A stretch of DNA of 63,692 nt, filler included, from 6 parts of 6 records of this genome joined end to end with filler, not necessarily neighbours in it, one strand, 5' to 3'. Positions 31,435 through 41,031 are shown, counted from the whole stretch's first letter. Translations and numbers: made by a program. The notes: a model not told the origin generated them from the letters alone.

Positions 31435-32238
31435 TCATGCCTCGGCCCGCCATGCGGCGGCCTTGGGGAAGAGCCGCTCGAAGTTCTCTTCGCTCTGGCG
31501 GGCGAAGGCGGGGAAATCCAGCCCCAGAACCTCTGCCGCGACCCGCGCGGTATGCACCACATAGGCCGGTTCGTTGCGCTTGCCGCGATGGGGCGGGGGC
31601 GCGAGGTAGGGGCTGTCGGTCTCGACGAGGATGCGGTCGCGCGGCGCCTCGGCGAAGATCGCGCGCAGATCCCCGGACCGGGGAAAGGCGCCGATCCCGG
31701 ACATCGACAGGTAGAACCCGAGGTCGAGCGCCGCGCGGGCCAATGCGGCGGAGGACGAGAAGCAGTGCATCACGCAGTTGTAGGGCCGGGCGCGGTAGGC
31801 TTCGGTCAGGATCGCCGCCATGTCGTCATCGGCGTCGCGCGCATGGATGATGAGCGGCAGGCCGGTTTCCTGCGCCGCCGCGATATGGACCTTCAGAGAG
31901 ACCTTCTGCGCCTCGGCGCTGTCGGAGGTGTAGTGGTAGTCGAGCCCGGTCTCTCCGATGCCGACGAACTTGGGGTGCCGGGACAGCGCCACGAGGGTAT
32001 CGACCGTGGCCATGGGCTCTTCGGCGACGCTCATGGGGTGGGTGCCGGCGGCGTAGAAGACGGGGTCGTGGGCCTCTGCGATGGCGCGCACCTGCGGTTC
32101 GTTGCGCAGCCGGGTGCAGATCGTCACCATGCGGTGCACCCCCGCCGCCAGCGCGCGGTCGATCACCGCCGGGCGTTCCTCGGCGAAGTCGGGAAAATCG
32201 AGGTGGCAATGGCTGTCGGTGACGGGGCTGTCTGTCAT
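31435..32238 (-). CDS. tatD: TatD family hydrolase
   Basis: DSHCHLD, IGETGLDY, IIHARDA, MHCFS, VETDSPYLAP. Confidence 0.95.
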   Translation of the reverse strand: MTDSPVTDSHCHLDFPDFAEERPAVIDRALAAGVHRMVTICTRLRNEPQVRAIAEAHDPVFYAAGTHPMSVAEEPMATVDTLVALSRHPKFVGIGETGLDYHYTSDSAEAQKVSLKVHIAAAQETGLPLIIHARDADDDMAAILTEAYRARPYNCVMHCFSSSAALARAALDLGFYLSMSGIGAFPRSGDLRAIFAEAPRDRILVETDSPYLAPPPHRGKRNEPAYVVHTARVAAEVLGLDFPAFARQSEENFERLFPKAAAWRAEA

Positions 32239-32364
32239 GTCGGCTCCTTCATTGCGTCCGGGTATCGGGGATCGCCGCGCGAAGTGCAAGCGCGGGCGGG
32301 CGGGCTTGGCAGGGCCGTATCGACGGCTGTATAAGCTTTGCCGGTTATGGAACGAAGGCCCGCC

Positions 32365-32817
32365 ATGGCGCAGATTCTTATACTGGACGACGAGGTTTCC
32401 CTGTCCGGCCTGATGGTCGACAGCCTGCGGGCGCATGGCCACGCGGTGACGATCGTCACGACGGCGGCAGAGGCGCTGGAGGCGCTGCGCCTGACGCGGT
32501 TCGACGCCCTCGTGGTGGACATCTTCCTGCGCGACGACGCGGGGCAGCTGCGCCCCGACGGCGGGCTGACGGTGGTCAACAGCGTGCGGCGCGGACGGGA
32601 CGCCCAGCCGATGGCGACACCCCGCGACGTGCGCATCGTCTGCATCTCGGGCGCGGCCCTGCTGGCGGGGATCGGGCATGTGCTGACGATCTCGCGAAGC
32701 CTCGGGGCCGATGCGGTGCTGGACAAGCCCTTCTCTCCCAAGGCGCTGTTCGATGCGCTCGGGCTGGCCTATCGGTCCTGGGCGCTGGAGGTGCAGGGGC
32801 GCCGGTCGGCATCCTAG
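32365..32817 (+). CDS. Single-domain response regulator
   Basis: ILILDDE, phospho-acceptor VVDIF, CISG, DKPF. Confidence 0.9.
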   Translation: MAQILILDDEVSLSGLMVDSLRAHGHAVTIVTTAAEALEALRLTRFDALVVDIFLRDDAGQLRPDGGLTVVNSVRRGRDAQPMATPRDVRIVCISGAALLAGIGHVLTISRSLGADAVLDKPFSPKALFDALGLAYRSWALEVQGRRSAS

Positions 32818-33102
32818 ACGCGTGTTAGGTGACACATCTTCTTACAGTGATGGCGGAAGGCGGGGGATGATCCCGGCTGAAGGCGGATAGGCCTTGGAAA
32901 ACAAGGCGTTCCGAAGGTCGATGAGATGGGGAGCCAGAGCGGGAGCGTGTTTTGCAGTACCCGGAAAAGTGGGCGTCTCTGGGCCGTTTTGAGTGACACC
33001 CGGCTCAATGACCAAGCCAAGACCGAGGAACGCCTGAACGCTATACAAACAAGGGTTCAAAAGGTCGTTTAACGACCTCGGCGGGCCTCTTACCGGGCTC
33101 AA

Positions 33103-33150
33103 AAATAGCTCCGGAACTGCGAAATCGCCCGCGCAGTTCCGGAGCTATTT
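33103..33150. repeat. Perfect 19-bp inverted repeat
   Basis: AAATAGCTCCGGAACTGCG - 10 nt - CGCAGTTCCGGAGCTATTT. Confidence 0.95.
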
Positions 33151-33241
33151 CGCAGAACGGGATTAATGTAACGAAAACATGGGCATGGCAGGCTTGAGGT
33201 CTGCGGATGGCAACTCCAAACTGCGAAACGGTTTTCGGAGG

Positions 33242-33598
33242 TTAGCAGGTGTATTTAAACTCTGCCGCATGTCTCTGGACGATCGAGCCTGAGACGATAG
33301 AGCAGCCTTTGGCCTCGAGGTAAACCTCAGCGGCCGACTGGAACTCCTCCACTAAGATACCGCGATCTTTGGCGAGGCTGTAGGTCAGCGCCTCCCTACC
33401 GATGTCGCCGTACATGGTCGCTAAGCTGCTGATCAAAAGTAAGCTTCGCGCCTCTACATTCTCCTTAATGATCCAGTTCTTTCCTTCTACTGAAATCCGA
33501 CGCAGCTCAGCGTCTTGGTAGGAAGCGCTTTCGAGCGGGGACTGGCTGCAAGCCGCGGCTGAGAGCAGGAGAAAAACTGCCAGAAGTCTCTTAATCAT
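33242..33598 (-). CDS. Prophage lipoprotein of unknown function
   Basis: MIKRLLAVFLLLSAAAC lipoprotein-type signal. Lower GC, directly downstream of the repressor. Confidence 0.75.
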   Translation of the reverse strand: MIKRLLAVFLLLSAAACSQSPLESASYQDAELRRISVEGKNWIIKENVEARSLLLISSLATMYGDIGREALTYSLAKDRGILVEEFQSAAEVYLEAKGCSIVSGSIVQRHAAEFKYTC

Positions 33599-33614
33599 CT
33601 GAACAACCTTTTGG

Positions 33615-34325
33615 TCAGAACTTCGTAATGACGGCGCGGACACGCCCCCGAACAATCAACCCGTCCGCATCGTCGTCGAGCAGTTTGTGCGGCGGGTTCG
33701 AGGGGTTGTCGGACTGGATCAGGAAACCGCGTTCGATGGTGACCAAGCGCTTGATGAATAGGTCATCGCCGAGAGTGAATGCATAGACTTGCCCACTGTC
33801 GATTTGGGTTTCCTTGAAATGTACGAGGGCAAGTGAGCCGTCGCGAATATTAGGCGCCATGCTGTCGCCCCTGACTTCGACCAGTCCGGCTGCCCCGGCG
33901 TCGATGCCCTGGCGGATCAGCCACGAGCGCGTGAACGCTACGTGGTCGATCACTTGCTCTGAAAGAACGAGACGACCCGAACCTGCAGCAGCTTGGACAT
34001 CGAAACGCGGTATGGTCTGAAACTCCGGGGTCTGCGCCTCCGCGACGAGCTTTTGAGATTGGGTTTGCTGCTGAGAGTATGGGTTCCCGGCGGGCTGATC
34101 AGGGTCATCGACATACATCGCGCCCTCTCCATACAGCAGCCAAGTCTGGTTCAAACCGAAACGCCTGAAGAGCTTTTCGATCATCTTCTGTGAGACAGCT
34201 CTTCGACCGTTCTCGGCGTGGCTGATGGACGCTTGGCTAACTTCCAGTCGATCAGCCATTTGAGCTTGGTCCAGCCCTATGTGCTCTCGAAAGGTGCGCA
34301 TGCGCGCAGCTGGAGTGTCATTCAC
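33615..34325 (-). CDS. CI-like phage repressor (XRE HTH plus S24 peptidase)
   Basis: HTH QAQMADRLEVSQASISHAENG, cleavage site AAAGSG, VRGDSMAP, FIKRL. Confidence 0.95.
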   Translation of the reverse strand: MNDTPAARMRTFREHIGLDQAQMADRLEVSQASISHAENGRRAVSQKMIEKLFRRFGLNQTWLLYGEGAMYVDDPDQPAGNPYSQQQTQSQKLVAEAQTPEFQTIPRFDVQAAAGSGRLVLSEQVIDHVAFTRSWLIRQGIDAGAAGLVEVRGDSMAPNIRDGSLALVHFKETQIDSGQVYAFTLGDDLFIKRLVTIERGFLIQSDNPSNPPHKLLDDDADGLIVRGRVRAVITKF

Positions 34326-34411
34326 GTAATAATACCTCTTGCAAATGTAATATCAGTTATATAACTGTATTACATGAGAGGCCCGTTTGGGCACCGAGTC
34401 AAGGGCGTAAT

Positions 34412-34672
34412 ATGGCAAAGCGAGCGGAAACATTCCAGCCGGGACCCGTCTTCCATGACGCGGCGATTGCTGGGCTGAGGGCGATCGGCACAACCCCTTC
34501 CGAATTCCTTCAGCGGCACGGCGTCGTTCGGCAGAACGTACGGTTCTACACGACGGGCTTCAGCAATGGTCCGAAGAGCCGGAAGGTCCGCGCGGCCATT
34601 ATCGAGGCGATTGGCAGCGACCTCTTCGCGATGCTGTATCAGCGCCGGCTCGAAGAGGGGGATCAGACCTGA
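34412..34672 (+). CDS. Ner/Cro-like small DNA-binding protein
   Basis: 86 aa, first gene divergent from the repressor. Positional inference. Confidence 0.65.
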   Translation: MAKRAETFQPGPVFHDAAIAGLRAIGTTPSEFLQRHGVVRQNVRFYTTGFSNGPKSRKVRAAIIEAIGSDLFAMLYQRRLEEGDQT

Positions 34673-35118
34673 TGCCCGCGTCGCCTTCCGAAACAGTCAT
34701 CCGCGCCCACGCAATAGGCATCGGTCTTACCGATCTGGAGCGGATCGCCCTTGGCGCCACGCTGATCCAGACGGTGCTGTCCCCGGATCGCGCCGCGCAT
34801 GTCGCGCAGGCCGGACGGGTCATCAACGAACAAGCTGAAGCCCTCGCGGCTGCGGCCTTGGAACTTCCGGGCTGGTCCCCTTTAGGCCAAGCCACCACTC
34901 ACGAGCAGTGGGACCTGTCCGGGTCCTCCGACCTCGCCGGGTCGGAGCCGCCCACGCTGCGTGCTGCCTCCTCCTCCCGGTGGCGCGCAGCGTGGGGTTG
35001 GATACTCGACCGCCTCGACCGGCTGGAGAACAGCCTGTTGGGCGATGTGATCGGCTGGGCGTGCCTGATGGTGATCCTCGGCGTGTTCTTGGTCTTCCTG
35101 CCGCTTGTGATCGGTTGA
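34672..35118 (+). CDS. Phage hypothetical protein with C-terminal TM helix
   Basis: TGATG coupling to the previous gene, hydrophobic C-terminus. Confidence 0.65.
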   Translation: MPASPSETVIRAHAIGIGLTDLERIALGATLIQTVLSPDRAAHVAQAGRVINEQAEALAAAALELPGWSPLGQATTHEQWDLSGSSDLAGSEPPTLRAASSSRWRAAWGWILDRLDRLENSLLGDVIGWACLMVILGVFLVFLPLVIG

Positions 35119-35129
35119 GAGGCCCCGAG

Positions 35130-35396
35130 ATGAAGAAACCATCCATCAGGCCCTACCTCGTTGCGATCCGCCAGCTGATGGCCGTGACACGCGGGCTTCG
35201 CACCGAGATCGACCAAGCGCTGGAGGCAGGAGAGATCGGCCAAGCAATGCGCCTGACCGCCCAACTGCGCCAGCGGCAGGACGCGGTCCTCTCCATCCTC
35301 GACCGTCTCGATGCGGATGGCTCGCTGCTGACGCTGGAAGCCACACTGCCGTTGAACCTAGGCGGGTCCCCGGTGCGAGAGGTGCACCATGGCTGA
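35130..35396 (+). CDS. Phage hypothetical protein
   Basis: GAGG RBS before ATG 35130. Fits the operon packing. Confidence 0.6.
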   Translation: MKKPSIRPYLVAIRQLMAVTRGLRTEIDQALEAGEIGQAMRLTAQLRQRQDAVLSILDRLDADGSLLTLEATLPLNLGGSPVREVHHG

Positions 35397-35598
35397 ACGC
35401 ACTACCCGGCTGAGTGACGGCCGGGGGCATTTCACCTCGGAGATCATGCAGCGCGCGAAAGTGCGCGCTGTCAGCAGCTGCATCTCGGAATTGCGCGCCA
35501 ATGCCGCGCGTATCGACACCGAACAGCGGATCGACGGCCCCGAGCTGCGCCGCGTCTGGTTCTACCCCATGACTAAGAAGGCGCGGCGTGATGGCTAA
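35389..35598 (+). CDS. Phage hypothetical protein
   Basis: GAGGTG RBS, overlaps both neighbours. Confidence 0.6.
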   Translation: MAERTTRLSDGRGHFTSEIMQRAKVRAVSSCISELRANAARIDTEQRIDGPELRRVWFYPMTKKARRDG

Positions 35599-36433
35599 CG
35601 ACAAGACGCAAATCGAAGAGATCGCAGTGACGGACATCCGCGTCATGGGCCGCACCCGAAAGCTGTCTGAGGACGCGATCATGGCCTTGGATGCGTCCTA
35701 CGAGGCGCTGGACGGGTTCACAACGCCGATCCAAGTGCGCAAGGCCAAGTCTGGTTACGAGCTGATTGATGGTTTGCACCGGCTGACCTTGGCGCAGCGC
35801 AAGGGCCTGCCAACGATCCTGTCGCGGGTCTGGAGCTGTACGAAGGAGCAGGCGAAGTTCTTCGAGGTCGATGCCAATCTCGCGCTCGCCCATCTTACCC
35901 CCGTGGCCTTGGCGCGCAGTCTTGCCGTCCGTCAAGAGGCCTATGAGCGTCTGCATCCTGGTACAGCCAAGGGTGTGGCTGGCGGCCTGGCGCGGCACGG
36001 TCAGCAGCCGACAGAAATGTCGTTTGCTGACTTCGTCGGCGCGGTGTTGGGAGTGACACCCCGACAGGTGCAGCGGATCGTGCGGGCGGGCAAGTCGCTG
36101 GCTCCTGATCAGGCCTCGGCGCTCGAAGACGCACCGCAGCGCGTCACCATGAGCGACCTCTACGATTTGGCCAAGATCGACAACAGCGCCGAGCGCTATT
36201 TCGTGATCGACGCGCTGGCCGAGGGCCGTGCGAAGAAGGCCAGCGCCGCCCGCCGTCTGTTCAAGGCGGATCGTGGCGAGGTACCGCCCGAAAAGAGCGA
36301 TCGCACCAAGGCCTTTGACCGCTTGTCGGATGCCTGGACCCGCGCTGGCCGCCTCGTGCAGCGATCCTGGCTGGAAGCCAATGCAGGCGAAGTCCGGGCA
36401 CTGCTGGACGAAATCGACGGGGCTCAAGAATGA
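35591..36433 (+). CDS. ParB N-terminal domain protein with HTH
   Basis: TPIQV...YELIDGLHRL...EVDANL, then HTH-like VLGVTPRQVQR. Confidence 0.88.
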   Translation: MANDKTQIEEIAVTDIRVMGRTRKLSEDAIMALDASYEALDGFTTPIQVRKAKSGYELIDGLHRLTLAQRKGLPTILSRVWSCTKEQAKFFEVDANLALAHLTPVALARSLAVRQEAYERLHPGTAKGVAGGLARHGQQPTEMSFADFVGAVLGVTPRQVQRIVRAGKSLAPDQASALEDAPQRVTMSDLYDLAKIDNSAERYFVIDALAEGRAKKASAARRLFKADRGEVPPEKSDRTKAFDRLSDAWTRAGRLVQRSWLEANAGEVRALLDEIDGAQE

Positions 36434-38505
36434 GCGATGCCCCGACACAGACCTGGTGGAGTGCCGCCGAGATCGCCGAAGCGGGCTTGCCAGACCTGCC
36501 GGCGACAACACGAGCCGTCCAGATCATGGCCAAGCGTGAAGGCTGGGCAACGCAACCGGCTAAGGTACGGCGCCGAAAGGGCAGGGGCGGTGGGCTGGAG
36601 TATCACTACAGCCTGTTTCCGACCCGGGCCAAGCTGGCTCTGATCACCCCTGTCGTCGTCGTCGAAGACACCCGGGGCCGCGAAGAAGTTTGGGCCGAGT
36701 ACGATGTTCTGAAGGAGAGCGCCAAGAAAAAGGCGAAGGATCGGCTCTCGGTCCTGCAGCATGTCGTGGATTTGGAGCGCGCTGGACTGACCCGCAGCGC
36801 GGCGACGAGCGCGGCTGCAGATGCGGGTGATGTGTCGCAGAAGTCCGTATGGAACTGGATTGCGCTCGTCGAGGGCATTCCCCGGGAAGACTGGCTGGCC
36901 TATCTCGCGCCTCGACATGCGGGCTCCGGCGTGAAGCCGAAGAGCGTCGATCCGGAATTCTTCGCTTTGGTGAAGTCGGACTTCCTCCGCCTTGAACAGC
37001 CCACGTTTACCGCCTGCTACGACCGGGCGTGCCGCATCGCCAAAAAGGAGGGCCTGCCGGTCTCGCCCATTCACCAGGTGCGGCGGCTTTACAAGCGCGT
37101 GGTGTCGCAGCCGACAGAGGTCTTCTGCCGCAAGGGGTCCGGGGCGCTGCGCCGCTTCTACCCTCACCAGACGCGCGACAAGACCGCGCTGCAGGTCATG
37201 GAGGCGGTGCAGGGCGACTTCCACAAGTTTGACCTCTTCGTGAACTGGCCGGGCGAGACCGGCCCGGTGCGCCCGCAGGCGGTGGTCTTCAGCGATATCC
37301 ATTCAGGGATGCTGCTGGCGTGGCGCCTGTCGATCACGGCGAACAGCCACACGGTGCAGCTGGCGATCGGTGACATGATCGAGCGATACGGCATCCCTCA
37401 GAAGGCCCTTCTGGACAACGGCCGCGAGTTTGCCGCCAAGGTCATCACGGGCGGGGCAGAAACGCGGTTCCGGTTCAAGGTCAGGGAAGATGACATCCCG
37501 GGTCTTCTGCCCATGCTGGGGGTCGAGGTCCACTGGGCCACACCCTACAGCGGCCAGTCGAAGCCCATCGAACGCGCGTTCCGGGATCTCTGCGATCGCG
37601 TGTCCAAGCATCCGGCTTTCGCAGGCGCCTACACCGGAAACAAGCCGGACGCGAAACCCGAGAACTATGCCAGCCGTGCCGTCGATCTCGATGTCTTCCG
37701 CGCGGTTCTGGCCGAAGAGGTCGAGGCGCACAACGCCCGCCCCGATCGACGTTCAGAAGTGGCCTACGGGCGATCGTTCAAGGACGTCTTCAAAGAGGGC
37801 TATGCCAAGGCACCGATCCGCAAGGCGACGGCCGAACAGCGACGTCTGTGGCTGATGGGTGCCGAGGGCGTCCGGGGCAAGAACGGCAACGGCGAGCTGT
37901 CGCTGCTGGGCAGCCGCTACTGGTCGGAATGGATGTATCGCATCGCCGCGACAAAGGTGGTGGCGCGGTTCGACCCTGATGATCTGCACGCCGGGCTCCA
38001 TGTCTACGACCTCGACGGTCAGTACCTCGGCCACGCCCGCTGCGTCGAGAAGGGTGACTTCTTCGGCGTGGCGGACGCCCGCGAAGTGGCCCGCAAGCGC
38101 GCGGCATACCTGCGCGCAGCCAAGGACGAGGCCAAGGCGCAGCGCGAACTAAGCGCCGCCGAGATCGCAGCCCGCCTGAACACGCCAGAGGCCCCGGTCG
38201 CCGCCGATGACTTGCCCGAGGCCGAGGTGATTCGACTGGTTCCGGGCCACGCCAGGGCGCCGAAGCGCAATCGTGACGAGCAGCCGGACGAGACACCGGC
38301 GCGCGTGACCTCGCTGGCGAGCCGACAGGCGCCTGCACGCCAAGAGGGGGCGGATGATCGTTTCGAACGCGCGCTGGAGCTGGAGGCCATCCTTGCCGAT
38401 GGCCATGCGCTCACCCGCGAACAGGAGGCCTGGCTGACAGGCTACCGCGAGACGCCGGAGTACATGAGCCGGATGCGGCTCCGCGGCCTCACTCGCCGCG
38501 ACTGA
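36430..38505 (+). CDS. MuA-like DDE transposase
   Basis: Mu DNA-binding N-terminus (GLPDLP...REGW...GRGGGLEYH), GDFH, DNGREF, SKPIERAF, RFDPDDL. Confidence 0.95.
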   Translation: MSDAPTQTWWSAAEIAEAGLPDLPATTRAVQIMAKREGWATQPAKVRRRKGRGGGLEYHYSLFPTRAKLALITPVVVVEDTRGREEVWAEYDVLKESAKKKAKDRLSVLQHVVDLERAGLTRSAATSAAADAGDVSQKSVWNWIALVEGIPREDWLAYLAPRHAGSGVKPKSVDPEFFALVKSDFLRLEQPTFTACYDRACRIAKKEGLPVSPIHQVRRLYKRVVSQPTEVFCRKGSGALRRFYPHQTRDKTALQVMEAVQGDFHKFDLFVNWPGETGPVRPQAVVFSDIHSGMLLAWRLSITANSHTVQLAIGDMIERYGIPQKALLDNGREFAAKVITGGAETRFRFKVREDDIPGLLPMLGVEVHWATPYSGQSKPIERAFRDLCDRVSKHPAFAGAYTGNKPDAKPENYASRAVDLDVFRAVLAEEVEAHNARPDRRSEVAYGRSFKDVFKEGYAKAPIRKATAEQRRLWLMGAEGVRGKNGNGELSLLGSRYWSEWMYRIAATKVVARFDPDDLHAGLHVYDLDGQYLGHARCVEKGDFFGVADAREVARKRAAYLRAAKDEAKAQRELSAAEIAARLNTPEAPVAADDLPEAEVIRLVPGHARAPKRNRDEQPDETPARVTSLASRQAPARQEGADDRFERALELEAILADGHALTREQEAWLTGYRETPEYMSRMRLRGLTRRD

Positions 38506-38526
38506 AACTTGAAGGAGGACACGAGC

Positions 38527-38721
38527 ATGAAACAGAAACTCCCCACGATCAAAGACGTCGCCGAGTTGACCAATGTCCGCATCTTCGCGGACCTGGTCGA
38601 GGAACTTGTCTCCGCGCCCTTTGGGCAGGAGCGCCTAGGCTGCTTCCATGGTTTCTCGGGCTTCGGCAAGACGGTTGCGACCGAAGTGGCCGAGCTGGCC
38701 GGTAATCCCCCCCGATCTTAG
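38527..38721 (+). pseudogene. MuB-like AAA ATPase, N-terminal fragment with premature stop
   Basis: AGGAGG RBS, Walker A GFSGFGKT, TAG after about 64 codons, 7 nt before the contig end. Confidence 0.7.
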
Positions 38722-38728
38722 GGGGATG

Positions 38729-38828
38729 NNNNNNNNNNNNNNNNNNNNNNNNNNNNNNNNNNNNNNNNNNNNTTAATTAATTAANNNNNNNNNNNNNNNN
38801 NNNNNNNNNNNNNNNNNNNNNNNNNNNN
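38729..38828. other. Artificial contig linker
   Basis: N-run + TTAATTAATTAA + N-run. Confidence 0.99.
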
Positions 38829-39075
38829 TGTTAGCCCTTAGTGCTGTGAGCCGAAAATGCACATGTCTCTAAGTCCTCAGAGGTGTTGAAATTCAGCCGG
38901 TCAGATGCAAATAGTTGTGATTGCCGGATCAGTGCCAAACAAAAAGAAACAGCCAGCCACAAGTGAAGCGTCAGCGGAGCAGGGGCGCAGCGCTCTTGTT
39001 AAGAGTACCCATTGGAAAACATCCCCACGCGAATTTGTACGGAATGTGTTTAACAGCGAATGCCGTGTTTTGTGT

Positions 39076-41019
39076 TTAATTGGCGTCGCGTCTGCGCTGG
39101 GCGATGGCGCGTAATGTTGTGCGCAGCTCCTGAGCGTCAAATGGTTTGCTCAGGTAATAGTCGCTGCCGGAGCTAAAGGCGTCCTGTCTGTTCTTGTCAA
39201 TGTTCTCTGCAGAAAACGATACAATCGCAATTTTGTTAAGTGCCGAATCTTTTTTGAGCATCTCAATCACATTAATGCCCAGGTTGTCTGCCAGGCTGAT
39301 GTCAATCATAACGGCGTCCACGTGTTGAACCTGCAGGACCGAACGTGCCTTTTCCAGGTTGTCGGCCATGTAAATTGTTAAGTGTTCGCCCAGGTCACTG
39401 CCCAAATGACGGCGTACGCTGCTCTGGCGCTCGATGAGTAGTACCACCATGTGTGTGCTGTTTAACATGGATTCCACCAGCGCGATACGGCTGTCGTTTG
39501 TGCTGCTCTGTTCGCCGCTCTTGCTTTCGGCCACCGGGAAACTAAGCGTGATTTGTGTACCCTGGTTTGGGCGGCTGCGCACAGTAATTGAGCCGCGACT
39601 GTGTTCAACAAAACGTTTGGTTAATGCGAGTCCCAGGCCAATGCCCTCGTTGCGTTTGTGATAATCCGGGAAGCGCGTGAACTCGTCAAAAATTTGCGGC
39701 AGATGTTCATTCTCAATTCCAATGCCGGTGTCGTTCACCACAATTGCGATGCGTTTGTCATCCGTGAACTGTGTGGCGATCCTGATTTCACCGGCATCCG
39801 TATACTTGATCGCATTGTCAAGGATATGTGTGATGGCCGAGCGAATAGAATACTCGTCGGCATGAATCAAGCCGCTTTCAGTGTTTAAGTCAATTTTTAA
39901 TGTTAACTTTTTGCGCTCTACGCGTTCGCGAACGGACTCCAGGCAGGTCTTAACCAATTCGTCGATGGAGATGTCGCGCGGGCGGATCGGAAAACTCTCT
40001 ACATGCAGTCGTGAGAGATCCACAATTTTGTTTAATGTCTCCAGCAGGCTGCGGCCGGCTTCGCGGATGTGCAGCAGATAACGACTGTACTTTGGGTCCA
40101 GCTCCTGGCCGAATAAGTCCTGAACCAGGTTCGTGTAGCTCTGGATAATATGCAGCGGCTCACGTATTTCTTTGTTTAAGTTGCTGAGTAGCTCTGTTTT
40201 TAACTGTTGCGCGCGTTCGGCTACATCGCGCCATTCCTCCTGCAGGCGTTCGCTTTCAATAAAACGGCTGTTGTCGTGGAATGTGACGACGAGGCCATCG
40301 CTGCTGCCATCGTCGTTTTCAAGCGTAGCGGAGAAGTCATCAACCGGCAGCTGTTGACCGTCGCGTGTTAAGAATATCGATTGGCGGCGCGTCTCAATTG
40401 AGTTGCCTTTGCGCAGCGAATGTAGCGCCGGGTGTTGCAGAATCTGGCGTGTGCGGATATCGATTACGCGCACAACTTCACTCAGTCGGCGTCCCAGGGC
40501 GTCCTGGCCGTTCCAACCAATCAGTTCGCTGGCCGCCGGGTTAACATACGTGACGGAACCTTCCGAGTCGGCCGTGATAACTGCTTCGCCAAGGCGGTCC
40601 AGAGTACGGCGCATTAGTTTGTTGTTGCGCCGTTCCTGGCTGTCACTCTGATGTTTAAACAGGGCCATAACGATGCTGGTGTGTAATTCCTTAACCTGGA
40701 AGGGTTTGAGGATGTAGCCGTAGGGCTCGGTGAGTTTGGCGCGTTCTACAAGTTCGGCATCAGAAAAAGCTGTTAAGAAAATTACGGGAATGTCAAGGTT
40801 CTCACGAATGTGGGCGGCGGCTTCAACACCGTCAATGCCATCGCGCAAACGTATGTCCATCAGGACGAGGTCGGGCTTATGTTCAGCGGCGTGTTTAATC
40901 GCTTCGGCACCGGACCCTACAGCTTGCGGAACGGAGTAACCTATCCGGCGGAGGCGTTCGGTAATGTTCATTGCTACGAGGTTCTCGTCTTCAACAACCA
41001 GTATTTGTTCGTGTGCCAT
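39076..41019 (-). CDS. Hybrid REC-PAS-histidine kinase-REC protein
   Basis: ILVVEDE...LMDI...KPF, PAS (YVNPAA), HILDNAIKYT, DTGIGI, GIGLGL, C-terminal receiver. Confidence 0.93.
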   Translation of the reverse strand: MAHEQILVVEDENLVAMNITERLRRIGYSVPQAVGSGAEAIKHAAEHKPDLVLMDIRLRDGIDGVEAAAHIRENLDIPVIFLTAFSDAELVERAKLTEPYGYILKPFQVKELHTSIVMALFKHQSDSQERRNNKLMRRTLDRLGEAVITADSEGSVTYVNPAASELIGWNGQDALGRRLSEVVRVIDIRTRQILQHPALHSLRKGNSIETRRQSIFLTRDGQQLPVDDFSATLENDDGSSDGLVVTFHDNSRFIESERLQEEWRDVAERAQQLKTELLSNLNKEIREPLHIIQSYTNLVQDLFGQELDPKYSRYLLHIREAGRSLLETLNKIVDLSRLHVESFPIRPRDISIDELVKTCLESVRERVERKKLTLKIDLNTESGLIHADEYSIRSAITHILDNAIKYTDAGEIRIATQFTDDKRIAIVVNDTGIGIENEHLPQIFDEFTRFPDYHKRNEGIGLGLALTKRFVEHSRGSITVRSRPNQGTQITLSFPVAESKSGEQSSTNDSRIALVESMLNSTHMVVLLIERQSSVRRHLGSDLGEHLTIYMADNLEKARSVLQVQHVDAVMIDISLADNLGINVIEMLKKDSALNKIAIVSFSAENIDKNRQDAFSSGSDYYLSKPFDAQELRTTLRAIAQRRRDAN

Positions 41020-41031
41020 TGTTGCTGTCGT

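Larger units (their letters stand above)
32948..38728. mobile_element. Mu-like transposable prophage, left end and early region (truncated)
   Basis: Divergent repressor/Ner-like pair, MuA and MuB. Candidate TG terminus at 32948 with repeated TTTYGCAGT motifs. Boundary is inferred. Confidence 0.88.

Noticed and set aside
15168-38500. Many long overlapping ORFs in the high-GC contigs (e.g. 16754-18502, 18619-20148, 20463-22355, 31198-32334)
   Set aside because: Antisense or off-frame shadows of recognisable genes, R/A/G/P-rich with no motifs.
33615-38728. CRISPR-associated or Tn7-like transposon
   Set aside because: No TniQ or Cas gene in view. The repressor-Ner-MuA-MuB layout fits a Mu-like phage.
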